Origin: Octopus sinensis
Taxonomy: Eukaryota
Reading direction: 5' to 3'
DNA: 64,000 nucleotides
Assembly (NCBI RefSeq): GCF_006345805.1
Contig: NC_043011.1
Coordinates: forward strand, 44,280,464-44,344,463
Below the pieces are notes generated by a model. The model saw only the letters and a program-made list of their open reading frames with translations. It ran no database searches and was not told the origin of the DNA. This document shows, in pieces, positions 1 through 11,500 of the stretch. The translations under genes were made by a program, and so were the position numbers. Position 1 is the stretch's first letter. Every line of letters starts with the position of its first letter.

Positions 1-1079
1 GTTAAATCTCACCCATAGCAGAACAGTACATGATACATATATGCATATACATAAACACACACACACGCGCGCGCACACACACGACTGTGTGTGTGTATAT
101 ATATATGACTGATTTTGTGACATTTGAATGAAATATAAAAAAAGTGAAGTTGGAGAAATGTGAACAGGTGAACAAAAAAAAAAAAAAGATTTGTTTTGAT
201 AAAAGAAAAAAAAAAGCAGAACTGAAGAGAATGGAAATGGAACTGAATAAAATGTAGATTGGAAAATATTAAAACATATCAGTCAGTTGGTATTTCTGGT
301 TGAGATAGAATTTTGGTCGAAAAAAAATATGTTGCCAAAGATTAAAACAGGTGAGATATTTGGAAAGGACCAGTGGAAGATAAAAATGATGTTGTTGATG
401 ATGATGATGTTAATAATAATGTTAATGATAATAATAATAATAATGGTGGTGTGATAAAAGTTATAAAAAGTTGTCTTCTGTTGTAATTTGAACCTGAATC
501 AGCTGCGAATGATGGTCAGTTTTTAGGGTCACTCTCTGATGGGATGACCGACAGACTTAGCTGACCTGAGATGTCAGTCAAGTAAATTGAAACGAGAGAG
601 AGAGATAGACAGAGAGATGATTATGATGATGATGATGGTGGTGTATTATGTAACATAGACTAACGACTTAATTAATTAAATGATTGCTTCGAAAGTAAAT
701 CTGTTGAGATACATGTGGAAGAATGGATGGATGCTGTTTGGGTCTGTAACCAATTCATTCTTGGTTTCTGCAATAAATTTCTGTAATCAGCAGTCACCTA
801 CGGCTCCCCACCACCACCCCTGTATGTATGTATATGTGTGTGAGTGAGTCTCTTCTTTTCGGAGTCTCTAGCTACCTAGCCAGGATGATTGTAAATTTCT
901 CTCTCTCTCTCTCTTTCTCTCTTCATTGTTGATATATTTGTTTTCTTTGTAAATACACAAACTTCTCCTGCTCCCAACCTGTGTAACCACCAATCCGTCA
1001 ATATTATGTTGTTGTTGTTATTGCAGGTTTTTGTTGTTTTCATTGTTATTATTGATTTTGATGGTGATGGTCGTCTTAC

Positions 1080-1192
1080 TGGTCATAAGACATAGTGTAG
1101 TAATATTGTATAGATTGATGCAAGTATTTAAAATGTCATTAAAAGCCATACCAACTCCTCTATCCTTTTTCAGTGTATCTTTCTCATTCACT
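1080..1192 (-). CDS. Candidate internal exon of an unidentified gene
   Basis: cttcatAG|...|GTAAGA flanks an open frame VNEKDTLKKDRGVGMAFNDILNTCINLYNITTLCLMT in unique sequence. A phase-compatible terminal exon at about 924-979 would add SWEQEKFVYLQRKQIYQQ*. No homology recognised. Confidence 0.3.
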
Positions 1193-1233
1193 CTATGAAG
1201 TTGCCATATATATTCACACACACACACACACAG

Positions 1234-1267
<34 letters not shown>

Positions 1268-3859
1268 ATATATAATATATAATACAGCATGAGCTGAAAC
1301 TAGAATCAATCAATCAATATGTATATAATATGTATATATATATATTATATATAATATATATATATATATAATATATATATATATATACATATTATATATA
1401 ATATTATATATATATGTATACATATATATATATGATATATATATATATATATATTATAATATTATATATATATATATATATTCAACCAAATTTCTATCCA
1501 GTTTTCAGATTTTATTTTTAAATTTTTACAATTTTACACTAGAAGTAACAAAATAATATATGCAGTTTTTTTCATATACGGGCAGTATATTTTCTTAATG
1601 TTCACTTCCTTCAAACAAATGTTTATACAGTAGTAGTAGTAGTAGTAGTTGTAGTAACATTAACAAACATTCAGTAATGTTAGTTAATGCTATATCTACT
1701 ACTACTACTACTACTACCACATAAATGATTATCTGAAGATTGTTAATAACAAGAAAAGAGTTTGCTTATATTCGAAAATATTGTATATTTTATTTTGTTA
1801 CTTCTAATATTGTAAAATTGTAAAAATCAGGCTATATTGGAATTTGATTGACTAATATATTATCTCTATTATCTATATGCGCTTTTACAAGCCATATTTT
1901 TTCTGCATTTGCCATCTCTGAAGATCACATGGTGTTTAGTAACTGCGCTGTTATCTAATACCCTGTGTGAAACTGATTGGTAAAATAGGTTGAAATGGAT
2001 ATATATAATATTATGCATTTTATGTGTGTGTGTGTGTGTATTAGGTGTGTGTGTGGGTGTTCCATTGTATTTCCTCTCTCTTTCTCTCTTCCCCCACCCA
2101 TGTATCCACCTCTTGCAATTTTATATTGATTCTATTTTTTGGTTTTCTCTGTTTCTTTTACTTTACAACGTCCTCCCCAATTTGCCCCACCCGTCTCTTC
2201 TCTCATGCCAGAGAGAGAGAGAGAGAATCAGACAGACATAGATATATAGATTGATATGTAGATGGGGAGAAGCGAAACAGACAGACAGACAGACAGGCGG
2301 CTAAATAGTGACATTTAATGCTGCCCAGTTTTTAGTGCAACAGTTCGATTCTGCCACTCCCCACCCATCATCATCACCACCCTTGAAATGCTGCAACAAT
2401 AATATTATTATATAATATAATAAAATTAGTGATTGTTACAAACATATCAAAATAATAATAATAATTATGATTTTTCTAATTTTGGCTCAAGGCCAAAAAT
2501 AATAACAATAATAATAATAATTGTAATAATGATGATAATAATAATGGTAAAGCAGTTTACACTGTGGGTAGAGTGTCAATAATTATTGACTGATTTGTAA
2601 AACAAACTAATTAAAATATTTAATTATTGGTATTTGATGACTGACTGATGATACACAGTTAGATGGACATTGAATTGAATGTGTTGAGGGAGAGGTAATA
2701 ATCTGACAAAATAAAAAAAATTGAAAATTGAAATAAATATTAACTTAATAAAAAATAATTTAATGGAGAGCAAATTTTTAAATAAAATAATTAAATCCAT
2801 GCAATTCAATTTTAATTGGTCTCTAGTCTGCAATAATAATAACTACCTTCGTTACCACTGGAAATGACCTTTAGTGGCTATATTTGTTGGTAATTGATAA
2901 TAATTAATTACAGTAATTAGCAGGACTTGTGGAAATTCCCTTGATTTTATAAAAAAAAAGTTTTGTGTTTTAATGCATAAATTTATAGATTTTTGTAAAA
3001 ACTGTTTGATTATGTGAAATATATCTGTTATGACATTGATGTTGTTCCATAGGTTAAGATTGTTGAAGGGACAACGCTTGAATGAAAAATGCCATGATAA
3101 GTTGAACAAGGATGATGATAATAATAATTATAATAATGGCTTCAAACTTTGGCACAGGGCCAATAGTTTTTGAGGGGAGGGGTAAGTTGATTACATTGAC
3201 TCCTGTTCCTGATTGGTACTTATTTTATCAATCCTTAAAGGATGAAAGACAAAGTCAAACTGTAGTACTACTAAACACTTTGTCTGACATATTAACGATT
3301 CTTTCAGCTTGCAGCCTTAATAAAACTAACTATTTATAGTGAAATAGTTTTAACTGCTATTTCTAAATTTTGGTATGTGGTGAAGCAAATTTTTGCTGAA
3401 CCCTAATTATAATTATACTCATATTTATAGAATTTTATGTATAAGTTTACCAATTATGTTTCTTTTAGCATACCAAACTACTTGGTAAAATTATTAATTA
3501 ATTATTAATTAATTAATTAATTTTACCCTTTATTAATATTATACATATATACACACACACATATGCATATATATATATGTATATATACACACATATATGA
3601 ATAGAAGCACAAGAATGTACATGTATATAATGTTTGAAAAGTATATATGTTTAGAAAAAATTGATCAAACAAAAATTTAATAGTAATTATTTAACTACTT
3701 AAAATTATAATTTTTCTGTGGAGTGGGAGAGGACTTGAAACCAAATTAATTTTAAAGAACACACACAATTTTTATAATTGATATATACTATTTTTTTAAA
3801 TTTAATTCTTTTTTCCAGTCACAAGAATTATTTTTGTTGTTGTTGTATTCATGAGAGCA

Positions 3860-4529
3860 ACAAGGTGATAGAATAGTTAGAAAAATGCTTTACAGTATTC
3901 AGTTTGGCTCTTTGCATTCTGAGTTCAAATCCTGCTGAGGTTAACTTTGCTTTTCTTTCACCCAGCATTGATAAACCAGTTAAATACTAGGATTGCTGTA
4001 ATAGACTAACTGTCTTCTCCCTAGAATTGCTGGCCTTGTGCAAAAATTTTAAACCATTAATATTATTATTGTTGTTGTTATTGGTCAGTGAGCTAGCAGA
4101 ATCATTAGCACGCCAGGAAAAAATATTTAACGGGATTTCATCTGCGTTTATGTTTTGAGTTCAAATTCTGCCAAGGTTGATTTTGCCTGTCAGGGTCAAG
4201 AAAATAAAGTACCAGTTGAGTACTGGGGTCGATGTAATCGACTTATCCCTTCTCCCGAAATTGCTGGCATTCTGCTAAAATTTTAAACCATAATTATTAT
4301 TATCATTATTATTATTATTAAGGCAGTGAGCTGGTAGAATCAGTACCACACTGGACAAAATGCTTAGCGGTATTTCACCCAACGTTCAAATTCCACCAAG
4401 GTCAAACTTGACTTTCATCCTTTCAGGGTTGATAAAATTAGAACCAGTTACACACTGGGATTGATGTAATTGACTTAATCTCTTCCCCAAAAATTCGAGG
4501 CCTTGTGCTCCCAGTAGAGAAGATTATTA

Positions 4530-4568
<39 letters not shown>

Positions 4569-4780
4569 GGCAGCAACGAAGCAGAATTGCACCCTGGATG
4601 AAATATTTGGTGACGTTTCTTCCAGTTGTTATGTTCTTGGTTCAAATTCTGCCAAGGTAGACTTTGCCTTTAGTCTTTTCAGGCTCGATGAAATTAGTAC
4701 CAGTTGATTACTGGGGGTTGGTGTAATTGATTTATTTCCTCCTCCTTTAAAATTGCTGGCATTGTACCAAAATTTTAAAC
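3860..4780 (+). mobile_element. Tandem array of 4 tRNA-derived SINEs (family A) separated by (ATT)n
   Basis: Repeating ggc(a/g)g(t/c)gagctggcagaa head, GAGTTCAAATTC B-box, cctttcatcctttc and gtaccagtt body, and ggccttgtgc tail. Confidence 0.85.
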
Positions 4781-5045
4781 CATTATTATTATTATTCTTA
4801 TTATTATTATTGAGATTATTATTATTTTTATTGATATTGATGTTGTTGTTATACATCTTGTTTGTTATGTTTTTTTTTGTTTTCATTCTGAAAGCATTCC
4901 TTAATTAATTAACTGGTTAATTAAATTAAACAATTACTTCTTGTAATATTCTTCTTTTGGTGTCTTTTTCATGATTATTTTGATCAGAAGTCATATGAGG
5001 TCACAGTTGACCAAAGCTAATATTTTTTCCATTTTTAAAAGTTCT

Positions 5046-5267
5046 TTTGGAACAGTGAATCATGAAGCACATAAGGCTATAACAGTTAGCATATAAGTAA
5101 TAGATTGATAAGCTGTTTGGATAGAAAAAGCCTCAAAAAACTGTTGGAGATGTCGGTTCATCTTCCACAAACAACCTTCAACTTTTTCTATTCAAACACT
5201 TTTATAACCAAATATTTACTTGCTATTCTTTGTAGCTTTATGTGCTTCAAGATCCACTGTTCCGAAA
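5046..5267. mobile_element. Fold-back MITE-like element (family also at ~9630-9907)
   Basis: tttggaacagtgaatcatgaagcacataaggcta ... tagctttatgtgcttcaagatccactgttccgaaa inverted termini. Confidence 0.55.
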
Positions 5268-5464
5268 GGAGAATTATTTCACATTCTACCAAAAGTTTAC
5301 AAATTGTTATATTTTGTTTTTGTTTTTTAATTATTACAAAATTCTGACATTGAGTTGTAGGTTAGCATCACCACCACTACCAGACACCATGCGGTCTACA
5401 AACATTATTATTGTTCTTAACATGGAAATCATTGTTAGAACGTCAGAACACTGTATTGACTGAG

Positions 5465-5650
5465 TTGGTGGAGGCGGACTTGTAGAATTGATGGAGCATC
5501 CAGGGAGGTAGACAGGTAGAATCAATAATGCATCAGGAGAGGTGAAGTGGTAGAATCGGTGGAGCATCATTAGAGGTGGGCTGTCAGAATTGGTGGCACA
5601 TGTGGGGAGATGGTGTAGTAAAATCAGTGGAGCATTCAGGGAGGTGGTCT
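5465..5650. repeat. Degenerate ~35-bp minisatellite
   Basis: About 5 units of gtagaat(c/t)ggtggagcat(c)cagggaggtg. Confidence 0.7.
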
Positions 5651-5860
5651 GGAAGAACTTGTAAGAGAAAATGCCCGTGATGTATTTTAGTTTCTCAGAA
5701 CATAAAGTGCTACATATTTACATTTGATGGATATTTGTCCTCATCTTGTTAACTCAATGTTTTGTCTGATGAGGACAAATATCCATCAAATGTAAATAAT
5801 GTACATAATTCCTCATCTCTTAAATATAGAAGTATAAAGTGCTACAGTTTAAAAAAAAAA

Positions 5861-6185
5861 ATAATAATGAAATTATTGTATACAGTGCTCAGGTGCACCA
5901 CAACTTGTCAGAAAGTGCGTATAAAGTATATGCAGTAATGTACAAATGTCTGGAAAGCGAACAATGTATGAGTCAGATACATGCTTGTGTCTGTATGGAG
6001 GGGAGAAAATCAGGTGTAGTGTTGGCGAATCTCAGAAAGCATGGAAGTTTTGAAGGATGCAGTGCTCCGACAATTAACAACTGATGCCGGCAGTTTGTTC
6101 CATGCTTCAGCAACTCTCAGCGTGAAAAAATGTTTCCTAAATCATGGGAGCTGTGCTGTTTTCTGACTTTGTAAATATGTCCACG
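5861..6185 (-). mobile_element. CR1-clade LINE 3' fragment (same family as 30.4-31.3 kb)
   Basis: Minus strand encodes RGHIYKVRKQHSSHD and FFTLRVAEAWNKLPASVV and shares the GTGCACCTGAGCACTGTA 3' end. Confidence 0.9.
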
Positions 6186-6469
6186 GGTGGAGTTTGAAAA
6201 GGTGCCCAGAGTTATCGTTTGTGAGATGGTTAATAATTTTATGGGCGTCTGCCAAGTAAGCTGCCAGACGTCGGAGTTATGAGTTCAAATCTCACCAGGT
6301 TAGAAATTGCTTTTAATGATTCTGGGGATGATAAATTTGAAGAACAACACAGTTAATTACTACTAAATATGTAATCAACTCTTTCCTTTCTCTTACTCCG
6401 ACAATTTATTGCGACCTGAAACCAAAGTAGAGAAAATATTATTTAAGTCATAAGAGAGGCAGAATAAAT

Positions 6470-6868
6470 ACTTACTCTCTTTTACTTGTTTCAATCATTT
6501 GACTGCGGCCATGCTGGAGCACCACCTTTAGTCGAGCAAATCAACCCCGGAACTTATTCTTTGTAAGCCCAGTACTTATTCTATTGGTCTCTTTGGCCGA
6601 ACCGCTAAGTGACGGGGACGTAAACACACCAGCATCGGTTGTCAAGCAATGCTAGGGGGACAAACACAGACACACACACACACATATATATATACATACA
6701 TATACAACAGGTTTCTTTCAGTTTCCGTCTACCAAATCCACTCACAAGGCATTGGTCGGCCCAGGGCTATAGCAGAAGACACTTGCCCAAGATGCCACGC
6801 AGTTGGACTGAACCTGGAACCATGTGGTTGGTTAGCAAGCTACTTACCACACAGCCACTCCTGCGCCT
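6470..6868 (-). mobile_element. tRNA-derived SINE family B (~400 bp, internal CA/TA microsatellite, CORE-like CCTTGGGCAAGT)
   Basis: Head ggagtggctgtgtggtaagtagcttgc, GGTTCCAGGTTCAGTCC B-box, tail gtcaaatgattgaaacaagtaaaagag. Confidence 0.85.
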
Positions 6869-6990
6869 ATGACATTTTTTCCAACTCTTTATGATCTTGG
6901 TTCAAATTTCATCAAAACTGACTTTGCTTTTCATTTTTGAACGGTCCAATGCCATTGACTACTCCTAAACAGGCTTTGTGACTATAGACG

Positions 6991-7345
6991 CAGGAGTGGC
7001 TGTGTGGTAAGTAGCTTGCTTACCAACCACATAATTCTGGGTTAGTCCTACAGCATGGCACCTTGGGCCAACCAAAGCTTTGTGAGTGGATTTGGCAGAA
7101 GGAAACTGAAAGAAGCCTGCCGTATATGCGTGTGTGTGTATATGTTTATGTGTCTGTGTTTATATCTCCAACATCACTTGACAACTGATGGTGGTATGTT
7201 TACGTCCCCATAACTTAGTGGTTCAGCAAAAGAGACTGATAGAATAAGTACTAGGCTTACAAAGAATAAGTCCTGGGGTCGATTTGCTCAACTAAAGGCG
7301 GTGCTCCAGCATCTCTGCAGGTAAATGACTGAAACAGGTAAAAGA
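6991..7345 (+). mobile_element. SINE family B
   Basis: Same head, body and tail as 6470-6868, in the opposite orientation. Confidence 0.85.
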
Positions 7346-7369
7346 AAGAATAAGAAAAGTAGATAATAA

Positions 7370-8010
7370 ATTTGAAGGAGAGGGTCTCGTTGACTACATC
7401 GACCGAAATACTCCATAAGTACTTATTTTATTGACCCCTAAAAGGACCTAAGCTGTATTTGAACTTAGAATGTAAAACCAGACAAAATGCTGCTAAAACA
7501 TTTTGACCAGTGCACTTCAGTCAGTTCCCTGCATTATTATTAATAATAATAATAATACTTTTTACTAGAAGCACAAGACCTGAAATTTGTGGGGAGGGGA
7601 CTTGGCAATTACATTGATCCTAATGTTTCACTGGTACTTGATTTATTGACCCCGAAAGGATGAAAAGTAAAGTCAACCTCGGCGGGGTTGAACTCATTAC
7701 ATAGCGGCAGACGAAATACTGCTAAGCATTTCGTCAGACATGCTAAGGATTTTGCCAGCTCACCGCCTTAGTAATAATAATAATAATAATAATCCTTTCA
7801 ACTGGAAGAACAAGGTGTCAGACTTATGGAGAAGAGACTAGGCATTTACATCAACTCCAGTATTTTACAGTTACTTAATTTATCAACGCCAAAAGGATGA
7901 AATGCAAAGTCAACCTTGGACGGATTTGAATTCAGAATGTAGCGGCAGACAAAATACCGCTAAGCATTTTGCCCCATGTGCTAACAATTCTGCCAACTCG
8001 CTACCTTGAT
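7370..8010 (-). mobile_element. Tandem array of 3 family A SINEs
   Basis: Reverse-oriented copies (aaaggatgaaa..aaagtcaacct..atttgaact) separated by (AAT)n. Confidence 0.8.
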
Positions 8011-8086
8011 GATAATAATAATGATAATCTTTCTACTGTAGATGCAAGGCCCAAAATTTTGGAGGATTGAGCCAAGTTTTAGAAAT

Positions 8087-8320
8087 GTCAGAGAAATCGG
8101 AATTGACATGAGAGCAGAGCAAAGCCAAAAAATTGCTCTGCTGGGGACAGCTAGGATTTTGAGATTGGTACTTGGATGTTGAATTCACAACCAAGTAGTA
8201 AGGTTTATAATGTGCAGAAAGGGACCTTGTGAGACCTCTGACAACAGGCTGCTGTCCGCTCTCAAGCAAACAAGCCCAAGCACTCTGAAAAGTAAAACAA
8301 TAATAATGAGCACTCAGAGA
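8087..8320 (+). mobile_element. R4/Dong-type non-LTR 3' fragment
   Basis: VREIGIDMRAEQSQKIALLGTARILRLVLGC* followed by a probable 3'UTR. Confidence 0.75.
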
Positions 8321-8324
8321 GTGC

Positions 8325-8676
8325 AAATCTCCACCAAGGCAACACCAACGTCCTCTCAGCGATTAGCCAGAGATGATTTTTTTTAAATGAGAATATCTGA
8401 AATAAACTTGAATGCTCTCACAAACGATTATACTAAAAATGAACCTGACGGCTCTCAAAAATTAAATAAAAAAACAAAAATAATCCAGGATCCTTATCTG
8501 GTACCAGATTGATCCCAAAATTTAATCAGTTTGTGCCAGTCATGAGGCCAAACATCCCTGAAAATTTCATCCAAATCCATCCTGTGGTTCTTGAGATATC
8601 TTTGTCCATAGATAAAGAAGCAAACAAACACGACTGAAAAACAATTCTCTGCCTTTGCTAAGGTAGAGGTAATAAT
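8325..8676. mobile_element. Unclassified non-autonomous DNA element
   Basis: Contains ggatcc/gatccc boxes, gaaaatttcatccaaatcc and a terminus gaaaaacaat...gctaaggtagaggtaat, reminiscent of Crypton-like short elements. Recognition is tentative. Confidence 0.3.
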
Positions 8677-9060
8677 AATAATAATTGTTTATAATTTTTG
8701 ATTTATGATGTTTAGGTTAAAGTACCACTTGATAAATGGTAAGATAACAGAGAGTGGGATGCTGCCCCACAGTACATTTGATATAATGTGGGTGAGAGTG
8801 GGGAAATTAGCATGGTTAAATGATACACACTCTAGATGTAGGCTGGTGGCAAGGACTGGAGGGAAAACATCAGAGTAATGCGAGGTTACCTCCCCTGTTT
8901 TTTAGTCTTGTTTATGTTGTGATTGTTGATCTGTTTTATTCCATGCAACCCACATAAATACACACTGTTTGTTGTTTTTCTGTGCATTTCATGTTTGTAC
9001 TGTCTCCAGTGTCCCAGGCTCTTGTGGCCACTGAATGAAATCATCATTATTATAATAATG

Positions 9061-9203
9061 ATAATGAAATTATTGTATACAGTGCTCAGGTGCACCACAA
9101 CCTGTCAGAAAGTGCATATAAAGTACATGCAGTAATGTAGAAATGTCTGGAAAGCGAACAATGTATGAGTCAGATACATGCTTGTGTGTGTATGGAAGGG
9201 AGA
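9061..9203 (-). mobile_element. CR1 3'UTR-only fragment
   Basis: Near-identical to 5861-6005 (cagtgctcaggtgcaccacaac...tgtctggaaagcgaacaatgtatgagtcagatacatgcttgtg). Confidence 0.85.
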
Positions 9204-9629
9204 ATTATGGTTATTGTAATTTGCTTGAAGCATTGCAATATATGTAAATGATATAAATGCGAATAATATCTGTGAGCATTGCTGGTGAGAAGTTAGGCAA
9301 CATATATAAGGTGATGTAAATAAATGAAAACAAAATATTTTGCATTATCTTACATAGAGTGTATAATGGGTCTATAATATTTTGGTAATCTTTCAAATAG
9401 AAAGAAAATACTTGATGAGAAAAGTGTTGTAACAACACATTTCTCTGAACTTTTTGGTTATTTTCTGTCTTCCATTTGAAAAGAGGAATCTTTCCCGAAA
9501 TGTTATGGGATAATCAAACAGTATATGTAAGATAATACAATATTTTTCACTCGCATTTATTGCCATCTTACTTATTTTTCCAAACTCTTAAGTATTGCAC
9601 ACAGGTTTTTCAGACATATATATCATTTT

Positions 9630-9907
9630 TGGAGCAATGGATCTCAAAGCACATAAAACTATAAATAATAGCATGTAAATATTAAGCTGAAAAGCCCTTT
9701 TGGATAGAAAATGTCAAAGCCATCTTACTCACCAGGACACCACATGCCTCTCTCCCCTCTGTACTTTTTCAGTCTACAACCATCAGCCTAGAATAGTCTC
9801 ACTTTCTGAAGCCTTTAACTTTTTTTTATCCAAGAGGGTTTTACGCCCCAATATTTACATCCTATTATTTATAGCATTTTCGTTCTTTGAGGTCCACTGT
9901 TCTGAAA
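9630..9907. mobile_element. Second copy of the fold-back MITE family
   Basis: tttggagcaatggatctcaaagcacataaaacta ... tagcattttcgttctttgaggtccactgttctgaaa; similar to 5046-5267. Confidence 0.5.
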
Positions 9908-10475
9908 TAGAATTATTTCCTGTTCTCTCAAATGTTTATAAATCCGCATTATAATCATAATATCAGTGACATAAATCTTTTAACGTCCGCTTTCCATGCT
10001 AGCATGGGTTGGACGATATGACTGAGGTCTGGCAAACCAGATGACTGCACCAGCCTGCCAGATCAGATTGGAGTCTGGTGCGGCCATCTGGTTTGCCAGA
10101 CCTCAGTCATATCATCCAACCCATGCTAGCATGGAAAGTGGATGTTAAACGATAATGATGTGGTTTCAATTCCTGGACCGGGCGACGCGTTGTGTTCTCG
10201 AGCAAAACACTTCATTTCACATTACTCCAGTCCACTCAGCTGGCAAAAAACAGTAACGCTGTGGTGGCTGGCGTCCCATCCAGCTGGGGAACACATATGC
10301 CATAGAAACCAGGAAACCATTCCCATGAGCCTGGCTAGGCTTTAAAAGGGCGCATTTTATTTTTATATATACAAGACAAAGCAACTGGTTGCAAGGGTAG
10401 ATCTTAAATCCCGATCATTCTGATTGTGTTTTGTATAACTGGAACACCAAAGCATAAAAAAAATATATTTTTCAG

Positions 10476-10595
10476 AAATTTGGCTTCAGATACACTGATG
10501 TCTGTATGGGAAAATTGGGACATGAAGAAAACGAAGATGATGATGATGATGAGGATTCAAGTTTTTGCACCAAAATATTCAATGGTCCATTTAAA
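10476..10595 (+). CDS. Candidate exon of an unidentified gene
   Basis: Acceptor atatttttcAG, frame KFGFRYTDVCMGKLGHEENEDDDDDEDSSFCTKIFNGPFK, possible donor AAA|GTACAA. Protein-like composition only. Confidence 0.22.
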
Positions 10596-11101
10596 GTACA
10601 AAGGATACATATTGACACTTTAGACTGCTCAGCCATTATGACATGTTAATGGCAAGGATTTTTCACACAGGTCAAAAAGTAATCAATAATTAATCCATTT
10701 TTGTGTATGCTGAGAGCTGCATGGTTTAACTACTACAGAGTACAAGGTGTAAAGTACGTTTATTGAGGATATGAATGTAACTTTGGTTACAATTGTAACA
10801 CACACACACACGTAATCATTATCATTATTTCAATGTCCAGTTTTTTCACTGTACCATGGGGTCAGATGAGACTTATTGAGAGATTCTAAGTTTTTCTACA
10901 GTCATATGCCCTTCTTTTGTCAACTTTCATCTCCAAGATATACACACATACATATACGATGTATATATATATATATATTGGCCTGCTCGCTTAGCCAGCA
11001 GGGTGGCATCATTTGAAGGCTAAAACAATGCGAAGCGCATTGTCACCAGCGATGTGTAACAACATCCGTTAGCCTGGTCAGTCACGGTGATCACGGTCAC
11101 A

Positions 11102-11142
<41 letters not shown>

Positions 11143-11224
11143 TATATATTATATATATATATACATGCATATATATATATATATATACATGCATATATAT
11201 ATATATACATGCATATATATATAT

Positions 11225-11256
<32 letters not shown>

Positions 11257-11500
11257 CATGTATATATATATATATATATACATGCATATATATATATATA
11301 TATACATGCATATATATATATATATATTTATACACACACATATATATATATGTATATACATACATATACACACACACCCATGTACATATATATATATAGA
11401 GAGAGATAGATAGAAAAGTAGGGAATATAATTCCAAAACTTACTGGGAAAAATTCAATTTAACAATTCTAAATCAAATTTCACAATATATAATATATGTA

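Noticed and set aside
1027-1095. EF-hand-like DFDGDGRLT on the plus strand
   Set aside because: It lacks Glu at position 12 and hits a stop immediately; it derives from a GAT/GGT repeat.
3860-4780. CRISPR-like repeat-spacer array
   Set aside because: The units are ~200-bp SINEs with microsatellite spacers in a eukaryotic context; no cas genes.
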